Part shown: positions 36,671 through 51,654 of the stretch, piece after piece
Layout: the number at the start of each line of letters is the position of its first letter
Position numbering within the stretch: the first letter of the stretch is position 1
Source: Podarcis melisellensis
Taxonomy: Eukaryota
DNA length: 64,000 bases
Strand: one strand, 5' to 3'
Assembly: GCA_964234715.1 (NCBI GenBank)
Contig: OZ174286.1
Translations under genes and position numbers: made by a program
The notes under the pieces: model-generated
Told to the model about the DNA's origin: nothing
The model's input: only the letters and a program-made list of their open reading frames with translations
Databases searched by the model: none

Positions 36671-38732
36671 TAATTTTTCTTAACCTTTTTGTTTCAACCT
36701 TTTAGTTTATAACCTTTACATTTCACCAACATAACATTGAGTCTGGTGCTTTCTGCTCTAAAGAAAGCAAGACCATATGTCAATGGTCTTTGACCATATG
36801 TCAAAGAAAACAAATTTCTTGCCTGATCATTTTAACAAGTTTACAAAAGCTTCTCTATCCAGCTGCCTGGAGGAAAGTCTAACTCACTATAGATGACCAG
36901 GTGAATGACTCTACCAGGTTGGGTTATCAACTAATGGATTTTATTTTTGCCTCGTCTAGCTACTATACTTTCAGATAGAACTTGTATTCTATTTTAATTG
37001 TACGTACAAACCTAGTTTTGTGGAAGCTGTAAAAACGAATATAATGCTTTTTTCCGAATGGGAGTTGAAGAAAACTCATCCTTAATGCAGCCAGTTTGCT
37101 TGTTGAGTGGTGAGAAACCCACGTTGGGACTCTTCAGTTTCTTTTCAAACTTGTACTTATTTTCTTTTCCTTAGAAATAATACTTAAAGTCAGCAACATC
37201 AAAAGAACTTGCTGCCCTTGGTGGTTCTCTTGGCTGCTGCCTGTGACTCTACTGTGTCTGTCCTAAATTAATTGGGGGAAACTGAGCCAAAAACCGTTTA
37301 GCTGAGGTCAGCCAGTTGGGGTGCTGCACGTTCGTGACAAGCTTAATGACAAGCCTTTGCCAAAGAGCAAGCAAGTTGGCTGATTCAGGCAGCCTAGCAA
37401 AATGGCTTCTCCGTACAGCTTTCCATTTGCTGGCATCCCAGAGTATCCCGTCACTGAAGCATCATGTCAAGGGCCATTGCCAGGCAGGTGGTTTCCTTCT
37501 CGAAATCTTCCTCATTACGTTTGGGCAGCACCTGGGTTTAGGGCTCCTTTCTTGCTTTCTCACAGTTCCATGTTTGCTTTTAGAAATGTCCCATTTCACC
37601 TGGCAATCATTGTGTGGTTAATTAAATTACTGGATTGTCAGTCTGGCTCCACAATGGTTTGCTTTGCCCTGTTGAAGGAAAACAAACATATGGCGCATCT
37701 TTGATCTATTGTCAGCTGGTTGTGAAATTGCCCAATCAAAAAAGCATCCTCAAAAGCTGTCTTGTAATAGTTAGCAAACTCAGGATCAGCTGGATATAAT
37801 TTGTTCCTAATTGAAGTGGGACAGTTGCAATAAGGATGGGCTAGCAAGCCAAGGAAAGAGGTAATAATTGTATTACTGTCATAATAATTTAAACAGTCTG
37901 CCCTTCAACAGAAAAGCAGATTATATTCCATCAATAAAAACAAAATGTTCCAATCAACAGACTTAAAATATGCAGTTATGTAATATGCAACATAGAGGAA
38001 AAAAGAATTAGAAGGGAAGGAAAAAAGCAGTTTCGGCTGCCATTTCTTAAAGTTGCATAGTATTTCTTCTAATGACTAGCTGGAGTGAATTCAGTTCTGA
38101 GAGAGGAGATGCCAAATGGAGCCGATCTCTCCACTGGTCTGATTGAATTATTGTGCTCCCCTTCTCTCCCCCTGCTGCATCCTGATGGAATGCCTCCTCT
38201 CAGGCGGCATTTGACGGGATGGAGATGGCTGCCATCTTTTCCCTTGCAATGCAGTCCTGTTCCATTACTGCCCTGATGAGCAATATCTGCCAGGGACTTC
38301 AGGGCTCAGACCAGGAAGCTAAAGGTTGGCACCTAGCCTAGTGAGCACCTGACCCATAGACTGTGTGCCTCAGAGTCCTTTTGAGGCACAAAAAGAAAAG
38401 GAGTTGTGCAACACTGCTATGATTGGTATGGTCCCCTTGGAGCAGGGCTGAGAAACTCGCCCACTCCCCCTTCTGAAAGAGGCGCCCGCCACCAGCATGA
38501 GCAGCAGAAACCTGAGTGTGCAAGGATAACTCTACCACTCCTTCCTTCCCTCCCCAGCTTTTTTATTTTTATTTTATGTAAGCCCTGACCTGGGGTAAAG
38601 GAGGCACCTCCTCTGGCTAGCAGGCAGCGGTGGCAGCCTGAGCAGAGGTGAATGGTACTCCATTCCGGAATGTTCCACTAGCAAAGAAGCACAAGGTGGG
38701 GTGGGGGAGAGACTCCATCCAAAGCTCTACAT

Positions 38733-38868
38733 CAGGTACCCCCAAACTCAGCCCTCCAGCTGTTTTGGGACTACAACTCCCATCACCCCTAGCTAACAGG
38801 ACCAGTGGTCAGGGATGATGGGAACTGTAGTCCCAAAACAGCTGGAGGGCTGAGTTTGGGGATACTTG
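38733..38868. mobile_element. Short palindromic hAT-type MITE (136 bp)
   Basis: Long near-perfect inverted arms (ccccaaactcagccctccagctgttttgggactaca); perfect 8-bp TSD ctctacat. Confidence 0.92.
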
Positions 38869-39125
38869 CTCTACATGTTGGGACTGGTAGCTCAGAAGGG
38901 TCAAGGTAAACCAAGCTCTGCTCCCTCAGGGAGGCATTTCTCTTCTACAGGCTACTGGGGCTCCTCTCACACTGCTAGTGAATACTTTAATTTTGTTTTT
39001 CTATGTGAGTTAAGCATATGTAAACTGCATTACTACGCAGAATAATGAAATCTGTGATCCGTAATTACTGAGGTGATCCTGCCCTGATCGCAACAGCCAC
39101 CATTAATGTTGCTGTCTCTAATACG

Positions 39126-39302
39126 CTGGTAGAGCGTATGGGTTGCATGCAAAAGGGTGGCGGTTCAGTCCTCAGCCCCTCCTGGTAGAGCTGGAAGGGA
39201 CTTCTGTTTGAAACCCAGAGAGCTGCTGTCATTCAGTGTGTACAGTGCTGAGCTAGATGGATCAGTGATCTGTTTCCGTACCAGCTAGCTTCTTATGTTC
39301 CT
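39126..39302 (+). mobile_element. Squam3-like SINE, degraded
   Basis: tggtagagc head, ctgagctagatgga...gcttcttatgttcct tail. Confidence 0.7.
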
Positions 39303-39333
39303 GTTGGATGTAACTGGGCATAAGTGTTGTGTA

Positions 39334-39574
39334 CAGTGGTACCTCAGTTTACGAACTTCATCCATTCCAGAAGTCCATTCTTAAACCAAAGCCGTTCTTA
39401 AATGGAGGCACGCTTTCCCTAATGAGGCCTCCTGCCGCCGGTGCCCTTCCACCATTAAGCTTCCATTTGTAGACTGAGGTAAAGTTCGCTAACTGGAACA
39501 CTACTTCCGTTTTTGCGGAGCTTGTATACCAAATAGTTTGTAAACAGGGCTGTTCTTAAACCAAGGTACCACTG
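39334..39574. mobile_element. Tc1/mariner (Tigger-like) MITE
   Basis: TA-cagtggtacctcagttta / taaaccaaggtaccactg-TA. Confidence 0.9.
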
Positions 39575-39916
39575 TATTTGTAACTGTCATTAATCATACA
39601 GACTACATAATATACTTGTCATATTCCTTGCAGGCTGCATGATATTTGGGGTTGCAGGGTGCAGGGTGACAAACAGCTTTTTCATTTAAAAGTGTTGGTG
39701 ACACACTCGCTAGCACTTTCAAAGGAGAAGGAAAAACATATTTCCTCCAGCTTTTCTATCTGTGCAATGGGAAATATGCCTTGAGTCAACCAGTTGAACT
39801 TGGGTCCTATAGACAATCTTTGGGACAAATTAGTCACAACCCAACTCAGGTCCCATTGATTTCAACCAGCTTAGTCTGGATTCAACATGGTGTGTGTTGA
39901 TCTTCGTTGTGGATAA

Positions 39917-40546
<630 letters not shown>

Positions 40547-41305
40547 TAAATAAGGAAATAAATTTATTGCTTCTAACTCCTGCCGCCATGGACTGCCTTT
40601 CTTCTTGCTTACCCCAGTGTAAAATAGGCAAGATAGCAATACAATGTGTTGGAATCAGTTCGTGGCATTTAGCCATAGTCTCTTCCCAGAACTTTTTAAA
40701 AGGAGACAAACATTTTGTCTTCATTCCATGGGACTGTGATTGTTTGTATTAAATTTAATTTGGAAAAAAATGTAATTCTTGCCAAATTTTTGGTAGGCAA
40801 AACATTATGAAGACAGATCCCCTTGAATTCAGAGTTATAAACCAAGAGTTTCTTTATGTTTAAAAAGCATAAATTATCTTAATCCATCTAAAGTTAGTCA
40901 TTGCTAGTTTCCATTGAAAGCAGTGGAACAAGTTAGTTGTAAACTAGTTTTCCCCATTGCTTTTAGTTGAAGCATCTTAATTTTAAGCCAGCTTTAAACT
41001 AGAGAGGGGCCCTCTTATCAGCACCGTTTTATTTATCTGAATCAATTAGCCTTGCTTTCAAGGTTTGGATTTTATAATTATGAGTTGTATTTTCGCCCAA
41101 CCCCTGCTTGGATAAGAATACAGAAATCCAGCCTTGAGAATGGTTTCACATATATGCAGATTGATGGGAAAAGCAACACAGGTGAATGCAAGAAAGATTT
41201 TTTTGCAAACCTGTTTTGCAAATTTCACATGTTCTAAAATATGTGTTCATCATCAGGGGCAGCTACGGAAATTACATAAATGTCACAAAACTCCAGAAAC
41301 ATTTA

Positions 41306-41370
41306 ATAATTTCATATAAAAAGTATATGCATATACTTATAATTTCATATAAAAAGTATATGCATCTACT
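41306..41370. repeat. 33-bp tandem duplication
   Basis: ataatttcatataaaaagtatatgcat(a/c)tact, twice. Confidence 0.9.
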
Positions 41371-41447
41371 ATAACCCCAGCTGGTTTTGCCTTTTTGTCT
41401 CCTGCTGTGTGGTGCAACCCTCCTTCCTGTTGCAGGTCCATATATAT

Positions 41448-42043
41448 TGTCATGGACTGGTTAGACACAAGGAGTGGTGGGAGGAACCAGCTGGGGAATC
41501 ACCAAGCAAAGAAGGCTCAAAGCCTGGGCAATAGTGTTGGGATAACGATGAGTGGTCAGAGGGAGAAGACAGGGAAGTGGAGGTGTCAGAAGCTGAAGGC
41601 ATAACAGGGCTCAGTGAGTTGGGAGAGTCTGTGGCAGAGAGAAGTTCGGAATCAGAGGCAGAAGCTGAAGCAGGCAAATAGGAGGGGAGAGGTCAAGAGG
41701 CAGATATGAGTCAGGCTAGCAAAGAGTCACGGGTGCCCCCCACCGCTGCTACAACAAGCTCCTCTCCCTGCCCTGACTTCCAGAAGAGGTATGAAACAGG
41801 AGGAGCAAAGATAGTCTGCATGCAGGCAGCGTCTCCAATTGCTTGCAAGAAGTCCTGAAGAGGAGGAGACCTAGACTGCTTTTAGTCACAGCAATGGATT
41901 TCATAGTGTAGGACCTACGGGGCATGAGCAACTGTGCTCATAGGCCCGAAACTCAGCCAAGGCTGTAAAGATTGTGTTTCACTAATAAAAAGTTAACTCC
42001 AACCTTGAACTGTGGGATTTACAGACCAGCTTGCTCTGTGACA
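41448..42043 (+). mobile_element. Solo LTR (~596 bp)
   Basis: TGTCA...TGACA termini, 5-bp TSD tatat, AATAAA ~55 bp before the 3' end. Confidence 0.8.
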
Positions 42044-42927
42044 TATATGCAAGCTGTGTGCTAGCATGTTCAGAAAGGGCCACCTTGGATAGTTCATGAT
42101 TTGGCCACGTCCTGAGCCATTCACAAGACCAAGAAATCTAGAATAAACATTCTTAACTGACTGAAAAAGTCTACTCATGTTGAGGAAAATAGAAAAATAA
42201 TGATTGTGTGAACCCACCCAAAGTTAATGTTATTAAATAATGCTAACATAGGAACATCTAAAATTCCTATGGAGAGAAAAGAAAACCAAGGTAGGTATTT
42301 CATCTGAGTAAAGGGGGGGTATGTATGCTGGGCTCTGTTAACTGTACAGTAATAATACTGTAATTTGAGTATTTAAAATGGTAATTGCTGCTAAATTGAG
42401 CTATAATGGGTCAAATTAGCTAGCTAGTGTGTATGGAAGACAATTAGAATACTATTTTAATTAAGGGAAAAGTGCTTCCCTCCACATATGAAAATGGCAG
42501 ATTTACAAAACCGACAGTCTGCCTTTAGCTGAATTTGAAAAATGAGCTGTTCTCGCTGCCCAAATGGATAATACCGTAACTAATTAATCCTCACATATAA
42601 GAACATATACCTTTACAGATAATCCATTACTTATGGGTGCTTGTTCTTATGAGAATAAATTTTAATGACCTGTTGTCAATCAGAATTTATATTACATATG
42701 CAGGGCATTTGTAATAGTGAAAAAGAAAGTTTAGCTTTTCGTCTAAAACATTTAGTTAATTCCTCAAAACTTATAGGGCGTGTGTGTATGTCAATACCTT
42801 GGTATTTGTTGAAAAATCCTTTTTGGATATCAGTTATATATTGTTGGTCTCTAGATCTCCCTTGATCTACAGCTTCATATTTATATAGCAAGTATGTAAT
42901 TTCTAATAATTTTTGTAAGAATTGCCA

Positions 42928-43193
42928 TTAGGAACATAGCTCAGTTTGTCTACACCAGGTGTGGGGAACCTTTGACACTCCAGGTGTTGCTGGTCTACAA
43001 TTCCCATCATCCCTGGCCATTGGCCATACTTGCTAGGCTGATGGGAGTTGCAGTTCAGCAACACCTGCAGGGCCAAAAGTTCCCCACACTTTGTGTACAT
43101 TGACTGGCCGCTGCTCTCCAGAGCTTCAGCAAAGGTCCTTCACTGGCCTGCTTGGAGATGCTGGGGATCAAATGTGTACATGCTGGGCAACCA
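42928..43193 (-). mobile_element. Squam3-like SINE split by a MITE
   Basis: taggaacatagctcag tail at left; tgactggccgctgctctccag...ggagatgctggggatcaaa body at right. Confidence 0.6.
42956..43092. mobile_element. Short palindromic hAT-type MITE
   Basis: caggtgtggggaacc / agttccccacactt ends; TSD gtctacac/gtgtacat. Confidence 0.8.
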
Positions 43194-45156
43194 TATTAAA
43201 AAGGACCTTTTCTATGCCCCAGGTGAGAATGAAGAGAAATAACTCCAGTACTACAAAACTTAACTTTCCAAATAATGAAGTTTAGCAAGTTGCATGCTGG
43301 TTTCCTTTTTCACCATCTCCTGATCATTGCCTTTAGGGCAATCAGCTTAGGTTTCCCCTATGATCAGAAGAACACAGTTGCCCCTTCCCTGAGGCTATGG
43401 ATTGCAGGGAAGATTGGTAGTCAGGTCTTTTCAAGAGGGCTTCTCTGAGCTGCTTGCTGTGGAACTCTGGGAAGCATTGTTTGAAAAGCACCTCGCTACA
43501 GAATTCAGCTAGCTCTTACTACAGTAATTCTGTGAATCACCCTGCTCAGTAAAGCTAACTTCTTACCCATGTGCTCCTGTTTGGCTCTGTTCTTTGAGCA
43601 AGAAAGGAAAGTGAAGGCATTTCTTCGTTTCAGAAGTAAAGCATCTTTCAGGGAAAAGAATGCCAGCAGTGTAATTTATCTTTATGTGCTCATTTCATGC
43701 CCTTGCAGGTTCTCCAGACTTGCCTTTTAAAGTTTTCAGCTAATGTTATTGTTAGTTAACCCAGACACTTATGTCAGAAAGCTCAGGAAGTATTTTAAGT
43801 GTGTCTGGAAGGATACTGCTGTTGTCTAATACTGTAAAACTTTAAAATCAATGATTTCCTGGAAGGATTTTTGCCCCACTGTTTTTCTCCAACATTTTAT
43901 GGGTGGTGAAGTGGTATAAGAAGGGTTTTATGCTGAAAATCCAACTAGTAATTCAAAAATACATTAAACATTCTTAGTTTGCTTTTCATTTCTAAGAAGT
44001 ATAAAGTTCTGAAAACTGGATTTTGAATAGATTTACTTTCATAATGTTAAGGCATAATCTCACAATGACATAGGCTGGGGTCCAAAGAAGGGCTGTGTAT
44101 GAGGAAGAACTGTGCACACACTTGGAACGTTGCTTGCTGTTTTTGTTGAACCAGTTCCGATTCCTAAAGAGACAAGCCACATTTAAAATTGCCCTGAGGT
44201 TTGCCTCTTTAGCCTCCTGCTCAGAAACTGCTTTTCGCTCAGCTCCATTCTTTCCAGACACCTTCTTTCTTGTAAGTGGCATCCTTTTTGACATCCTTAG
44301 TAGACCACCTTAGTTTGTGCCTAAGGCAGGAAGCTGAAACCCCGATTCATTGGGCATGTGGCGCTTGGGGTTTCAACAGCTCCACCAGTCTCTGCCTCCC
44401 GATTGGTGCCAGCACCAGTCCTCCAGCACCAAAGGTACGGGTGTGTGGAAGTGTCTGCTAGTGGGACTCCCACCAATAGTGGCCTATGGGAAGTCTCCAA
44501 ATGGAGCAGGAGAGGGAAGGACTGAGCCAGCCTGGGTTTCACTGGATCCCAAGTTGGCCCCTGAGTCGTCAGATGAGGACATTGGGCATGATCACTACAC
44601 CAGATCCAGGCTAGCATTGAGTCTGTCTGGGATTTGCCTGACCTTCTGACCTAGCTTGGGTGAGCGGCAGATGCCAGTGGTACCTCTTGCTGCTGCCCAG
44701 CCAGGTTGAAACTTGCTATTCCAACTTTTCAGTAACAAGCTGAAGGACATTTGTTCCAACTTCTGCTATTCACTCCATTGAAATTCATTTTACAAATGCA
44801 TATAGCAATAAAATTACTGTGTTTGATCCAGAGCAAGATCCACTTAGGTCCTTCTGAAATCAGTGGGAAACGAATTAGACACAGCTAACTTTTCAAATAG
44901 ATTTCAAAAGGACCTAAATGCCAAAAGGACCTGGAACTCTCTTCTACCCTAGGGAGGCTAGACTGGCTCCCTCCTTGTTGTCCTTCTGCCAACGGGCTTT
45001 TGGGAACTGACGGCTTTTAATGAGGGGGCTAGTGCCATGCTGTTTTTGTTGTGAGTGTATGTTTTTTGTAAGTTTTAATTCTTTTAATGTTTAATTGCTT
45101 TTTAATGATTTTTCAATGTTTTTAGCTATTCTTATTTTATCACTAAGCCACTTTGA

Positions 45157-45663
<507 letters not shown>

Positions 45664-47892
45664 TGAACGATGGGGTGGAGCTGTTGTCAGTGGAGACACG
45701 AGACCTGTTAGTATTGTCTCAGAGTACTGGCCTTCAACTGGTGGTTTGAGACCATGGGAGCTCTTCTGCCATGCAAAATACATGGTAAAAGGTTAAGAAA
45801 TGAGCCCCCAAAGACCCTTGGGGGCTCTGGGTCTGAAAAGGCTGAAAATTCCTGGTCTGGAGGTTTAAACAGAAAGCAATTTTGGGGTGACTTCACTATT
45901 TTGGTAGTGGCAGCATATTAGCCTGTGATCCAAAATAGCCAGTGAGAGACCTATCATCACATGCCTGCTCTGATTCTTCCCACTTTTCTTTCTCTTGGCC
46001 CCTGAATCTGTGACACCGTCAATACTATTACAGTAATGTAAATGGCACTCTACCAGGTTTCATGAACGGGGAGCCCCTCCCCCAGGAAGAAAGGAGGGAA
46101 GTCTGTCTCAGAAGAACTTACATTCTGAATTTTTGCAGAGGAGAAGTCCCAACAGTGGCATGTGTGTTAGGACAGAGCCTCTCTCCTGACATTGGCTTTG
46201 CTGCTGCTTGCTTAGACATGGCTGGGGTGTGGCAGGGCAGTGACCAGCGTGGGGCTGTGTGGGTGAACTGGTGGCCACAGTGGGGCACCCACATGACCCC
46301 AACATTGCAACTGCCCTGTTGCTACAACCTCTAGATAAGCGACATCTACACCAATGTCGGGAGGGTGGTTCTGTGGCTCCACCCCACCGCAGGCACTGCT
46401 GCTGAAGAAGACAACAGAGGGTGGGGAGCTTTTACAGTCAGAAACACCCAGACGTGAATTGTCTACATGGAGGTGTTTGTCTGCAACAGCTAGTGCTGGC
46501 CTAAGACATTTTGCTGCCTGAAGCAGAGCACAAGATGACAGCTCTCCCATTCCATGCACAGGACTGGCAGCGGAATCTTATTGCAGCACTGGTGAGGGGA
46601 CTGTATCCTTCACCACACCTGAGGGCCCCAGGTTATCAGACAGGCCATATCACACACAAAGATCTGTTCTTCAACAGCTCAGTGCTGCCCTATACCTCCC
46701 AGCACCTGCTACCGTAGGTGGGTAGAGCCATTCCTGGAATCATAAAAGAGCTCTAAAACATTCTTAATCTTACTCTCATGTGAAAACGTTTGCCGTATGT
46801 AGAATTGTGACCCTTCAAAAGTAAAGATAGAGATTTGGCAAAGTCTTGAAAAGGGAAATCCACAAGAAGCCATTTTTATCTGTGGCTCGATTGGAAAATA
46901 CAAAATGTTCTTCAGTTTGCTGTTTGCCAAATTCATTTTTTACTGACTTAAAGTGAATTTTCCCCAAAGGCAATTTTGTAGCATTTAATTAGTTGTTATT
47001 TGTGCCATTATTCATTTTCCTTGTAAACATTATTTTTAAAGTTCTGTATCATTTTACACATTGCATAGAAGCTACCACAGATAGGCCAGTGGACTTGCTA
47101 TTGAGTTTGTACAGAGAGTTACAGCCATTTCTGCTCTCTGAAGGGTTCATGTCATTGTCATACATTTTTACATGTATACTTACAACATCTTAGGCATATC
47201 CTTGCAATGTAGTTGCTCTCAACTCCTGGAGTAGGAAAGGGTTGAGAAACAATATGGGCATTCTGCTACCATAAGAGCTGGCTCATCTTTAGAGTTGCCA
47301 CTGAAGACTGACCCAGGTATCACCAAAACCGTTATGGAGCTAAAAGAAGACACACATGAATGAGATATGTTTTTGGAACTGAAAGTAACACTGTTTCATT
47401 CAGTCCATGGAGAAGATCCAAGTCTAATTTGGTCTGTTTATATTTAGTTATAATTGCTTTGCTGCTAATGGCTGATGATGAATACAATACTTAAATCTTA
47501 TTTTGAAGGAAGTGGTACTAGACAAGTTCATACAAAGATAAACCGACTATAATATATGGGTATTGCTGAGATTCACAGAAAACCACTTTGTAGGATTTGG
47601 GAGATGGTAGGGGAGTGTGCGTTGCTACTATCAGTCTGCATTGCAGATGTTTTTGTTATATATATGTCAGTATAATGAGAGATTCCAGCCCCTCCCACAC
47701 CTTTCAAATGGCTACTTGAAGGCATGTGTGCTCCAAAGGAAAGGCAAAGGAGGAGATACACAAGCCAGGAGCTCATCTGTGCCTAATAACAATAAGTTCT
47801 TGTGTATTACGTATTTTATATTGCTTGAAAATACTGTTTCAGTTCTGAGAAAATTGCATTGAGCTTCAGAAGAACAGCATACAAATGCCATA

Positions 47893-47953
47893 AGGAAGGA
47901 AGGAAGGAAGGAAGGAAGGAAGGAAGGAAGGAAGGAAGGAAGGAAGGAAGGAA
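47893..47953. repeat. (AAGG)n microsatellite
   Basis: Direct reading. Confidence 0.95.
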
Positions 47954-48139
47954 GGACTGGGATTACATCCAGATTCAATACAATTCATGTTAATGGCTTC
48001 TGGGTAGCTAGTTTGCTTTGTTTGCTATGTTTCATTAGGCACATGTCAGTGACAGCTGGGGTGGCACTTACCAAGGCGACTGTTGCGTGCACTGAATAGA
48101 CTTAGCCCTTGGTGCCTTCTAAGTGAATCCACAGGGACA

Positions 48140-48236
48140 ACCAGAAGCTTGCTTGTTTCCCACAGGGATCTGGTTGGCCACAGTGAGAACAAGATGGCGG
48201 ACTGGATGGGCCATTCTGGCCTTCTTAGGTTCATGA
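48140..48236 (+). mobile_element. CR1-type LINE 3' fragment
   Basis: ctggttggccacagtgagaacaagatggcggactggatgggcca motif. Confidence 0.6.
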
Positions 48237-50136
48237 GTTGGAGGTATAACTTCTAAAGCAGGGACCCTGCTCTACCTGTGCAGCTTCCCAGCGCGTTAGA
48301 ACCCTGGAGCATCTTAATTGTGCAGGGGAGCTACTTGAGTAGGAAAGGTTCCTTGCTGGTGAACTGATCCCTCTAGCTCAGGGACAGGGACAGGGACAGG
48401 GACAGGGAGGAAGCAGAGCTAGCCTGCGCATCCTTGCTCTCCTCCACTGCATGAGGGATTTGGAATGCCTGAATATGGTTTTGGTCTCTTGTGCTTATCA
48501 AGCTCATCATACAAAGCTGTCATTAGGAACCGAATCCACGCATATTAGGGAGTCTAATTTGAAGACCCATGCATCTTGCCCAATCCCTCTCTGGGGCAAT
48601 AGAGGGGCATCTCTGAATGTGTGCATTTCAAAGATGCTAATGTGCCATCCTCCTATCCGTCACAGCAGGACAAATGTCTTAATCCCCATGCTGTGTCCAG
48701 GGCAGGAGGCATGTTCAAAAGGTCTGTGTGTGAGGGAGGGCAGTCTTATGTACAGGAACTCTGCGTAAAGGGGGTGTCCAGGCCCCTTAGCTTCTCTCTT
48801 TCAAGCATCTGTACATATACAATTTGCAGCTCCGGAAGACATCGTTTGAAATATCATGTTAAGGAGCACTTTTTATAACTGGATGGACTTCGCTATACAC
48901 CTGCGTGCCTATATGTGCATATGACTGAAGACGGTTTCTTTCCCCCCTCCTTCTGCAGCAGAGTGATTAGTGTCTGCGGTCAGAGAGCCTAGTGGTAGGA
49001 ACTGGGCCAGGCAGGGAGGTCAGTGTGCAGTGCTTTGCTCCTTCTCCCTCTCCTTTCGCTGAGTGTAGACTTCAGTTTGGGATGCTTCTTAAGGCGATAC
49101 CATTTACTTGAGCTTCATTACAGCATCAACTCTTTATATTGTTATTAACGACTGTTTCCTGTTTTAAAAACGTACACAAATGCACAGCAGCATTATGCAA
49201 ATTGCTTGTTTTTAAACTGTAAATATTGAATTAAATTAAGAGTGAATTGTGGGAAGGTCATATAGCCTCACCTTCCCTATTTGATGAGAATTTGTTTAGT
49301 CAGGCAATAGGTTCTTTTATCTAAACAGAGGATGAAGCTAGCCTTTTACTTTGTAAAAACTAATTAAAACTATCTTAACTTGCATGGGTGTACAATAAAT
49401 TAATTGTCATTAAATAGGAATCTGAATGTCCTACCATTCATCATGCCAAAGAAACTCCTTTCTTCCTTGTCAGAATTTTAGATGAGAAAAGGAAAAACAA
49501 AACAATTAGCAAGAAGCCAAGATTAAGATGCTAAAAACAGCAACGAGAATGCCCATGTTTGCATTTCATAGCTAAGTTCTACAGTCAGGGCTGTGCAGTG
49601 CTGCCTTACAAGTCAGATGCATTCTGCTTCATTTTGTCAAGAAAAATTGCATTTGGTAGTTTTCCTAATTATATGTTTTCAGATTACTGTGAGCCAGCCT
49701 CTTGGATACTCCCTGCTGATCTTGGATAACCCCTGTTGATCACCAAAATTAGGATTGTGAGTGCCTCGTGGCAGAGACTGGTCTCTTTTTGATGCTCCAG
49801 ATGTGTAAATTAGTATTAGTAATCTTCTTTAAGAATGTTCCAGGTGCCCATACATAAATCTGTCTGTCCTGAGCTGCTTCATCATTGTGGACAGGAAAGA
49901 TAACCGGAAGAAATCTGAGAGGGGCAGGAAAGTGGGAAGGGTGAAGCCCCAGCTTCCTCCAGATGCAGAGTCCTCCTCTTGGAACATCATTAAGGGACAA
50001 CACCACAGGGAACAAGAAGTTTATTTTGCAACACCATCGGCCAGGACACTGTCCTCAGCTATCCACTGCCACCTTAACACTTTGCATGCTGAAAATTTGA
50101 GCTCTAGCTGCCAGGAAAAAGTTTCCTTTCCTACTA

Positions 50137-50364
50137 CAGTGGAAAGGAAGTACTACAGTACTTAATTCGTTCTGGAGGTCCGCTCTTAACCTGAAACTGT
50201 TCTTAACCTGAAGCACCACTGTAGCTAATGGGGCCTCCCGCTGCTGCCGCACTGCCCACACGTGATTTTTGTTCTCATCCTGAAGGAAAGTTCTTAACCC
50301 GAGGTACTATTTCTGGGTTAGTGGAGTCTGTGACCTGAAGCGTCTGTAACCCGAGGTACCACTG
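50137..50364. mobile_element. Tigger-like MITE (same family as 26720-26956) with rearranged left TIR
   Basis: Body nearly identical to the 26720 copy; right TIR taacccgaggtaccactg-TA. Confidence 0.88.
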
Positions 50365-51654
50365 TATAGCAGGAAAAGTGTGTAAAGATAAAGAAAGGTG
50401 AAGTAAAGGCAGATAATGACAAAGACAGAAATTTTGGCTGGCATTAACCCACCCAGCCATCAACTTATCCTTCTTAATAGCCTCTGAATAAGAAGAGGAG
50501 GAGGCATAGGTCTGAGGTCGGGGTCTGAAGCAACAGCAAAGATGGATGCAGGGGCTGAGGGAAGGGAAGGTAGAGGGAAAATATGATGGCAATGGAAGAC
50601 ACTTGGTGTGGTGCCTGGTACTTGTTACCAGTAATAGTACCTGCAACAAAAAGTTGCAGTGCTATTTCTAGCGCTTCAGCCCAGAACCTCAGCATTTTAT
50701 ATCAATATAGGAAGGTGTGTAAGGGTATGTGTTGCTTTAAGGGTGTATGTTGCTAGATAGTGCTGGGGGTGGGTGAGTTTTTTAACCTTGTGACACACTT
50801 CCACCAAACATTTAAGTTCAGCATACTTTCGTATAATCAATTCCAATTTAATCATCTTATGGTCCACCAACCATGAACACATAGTGTAATCTGTTAGGAG
50901 CTTGAGTAGGCCCATTTCCATTCTTCCTGCCCCCCCCCCCAAGTTTCCATTCTGCTCCCCAAACTAATCCCGTATCATTCTGTATCTTAGCTGTTCTCAG
51001 TTGTATAGTTAAAATTTACCTGGTTTATGATTCCTTTAGAACCTCTCTGTCTTTCTCGATTCAACAGCCACCACCATTCCTTAAATCCTTGGACCTCAAT
51101 GTTGCTTCTTCGGCTAGGTGTGTTTTTTAAATAAAAAAACCCCAAATCTTTAAATTTATATAGTCTTGCGTGCTTCTACATGTGTAGTGTTCCCGCTGAG
51201 CATGCTAGAACCACTGATGAATTTTGGGTTGGCCCCAGTTCATTTCCAGCCTTATAAGCCATGCTGTAAGGAAGAATAATGCCAGCAGCAGTGGCCTTCA
51301 TGCCTAGGATGGAACACATCAATCTCTCCAACTTTTTATCAAGAAAATTGTTATTTTGTGAGAGATTTACCCCAGATGCTTGGTGCAGCTCCTAACCCAG
51401 AAGTCAAAGGTCCCTTACAAATGCTTCCTAGTTCACATGGAACTCATCTAGTTATATTCACAATAGGAAGCATTTATTTTAGGGTTCAGATCAATATGCT
51501 TAAATGAACTATGCATTTTAAACACACACACCCTTCCGATTTCTGTATTAATACCATTCCAAAATGGTACATACCTGTACCTGATTGAAACAAAACGTAG
51601 CGTTCCCTCCTAAGAATTCTCAGAGCCCTGAATTTATGGTGTTCAGTGAAATAG

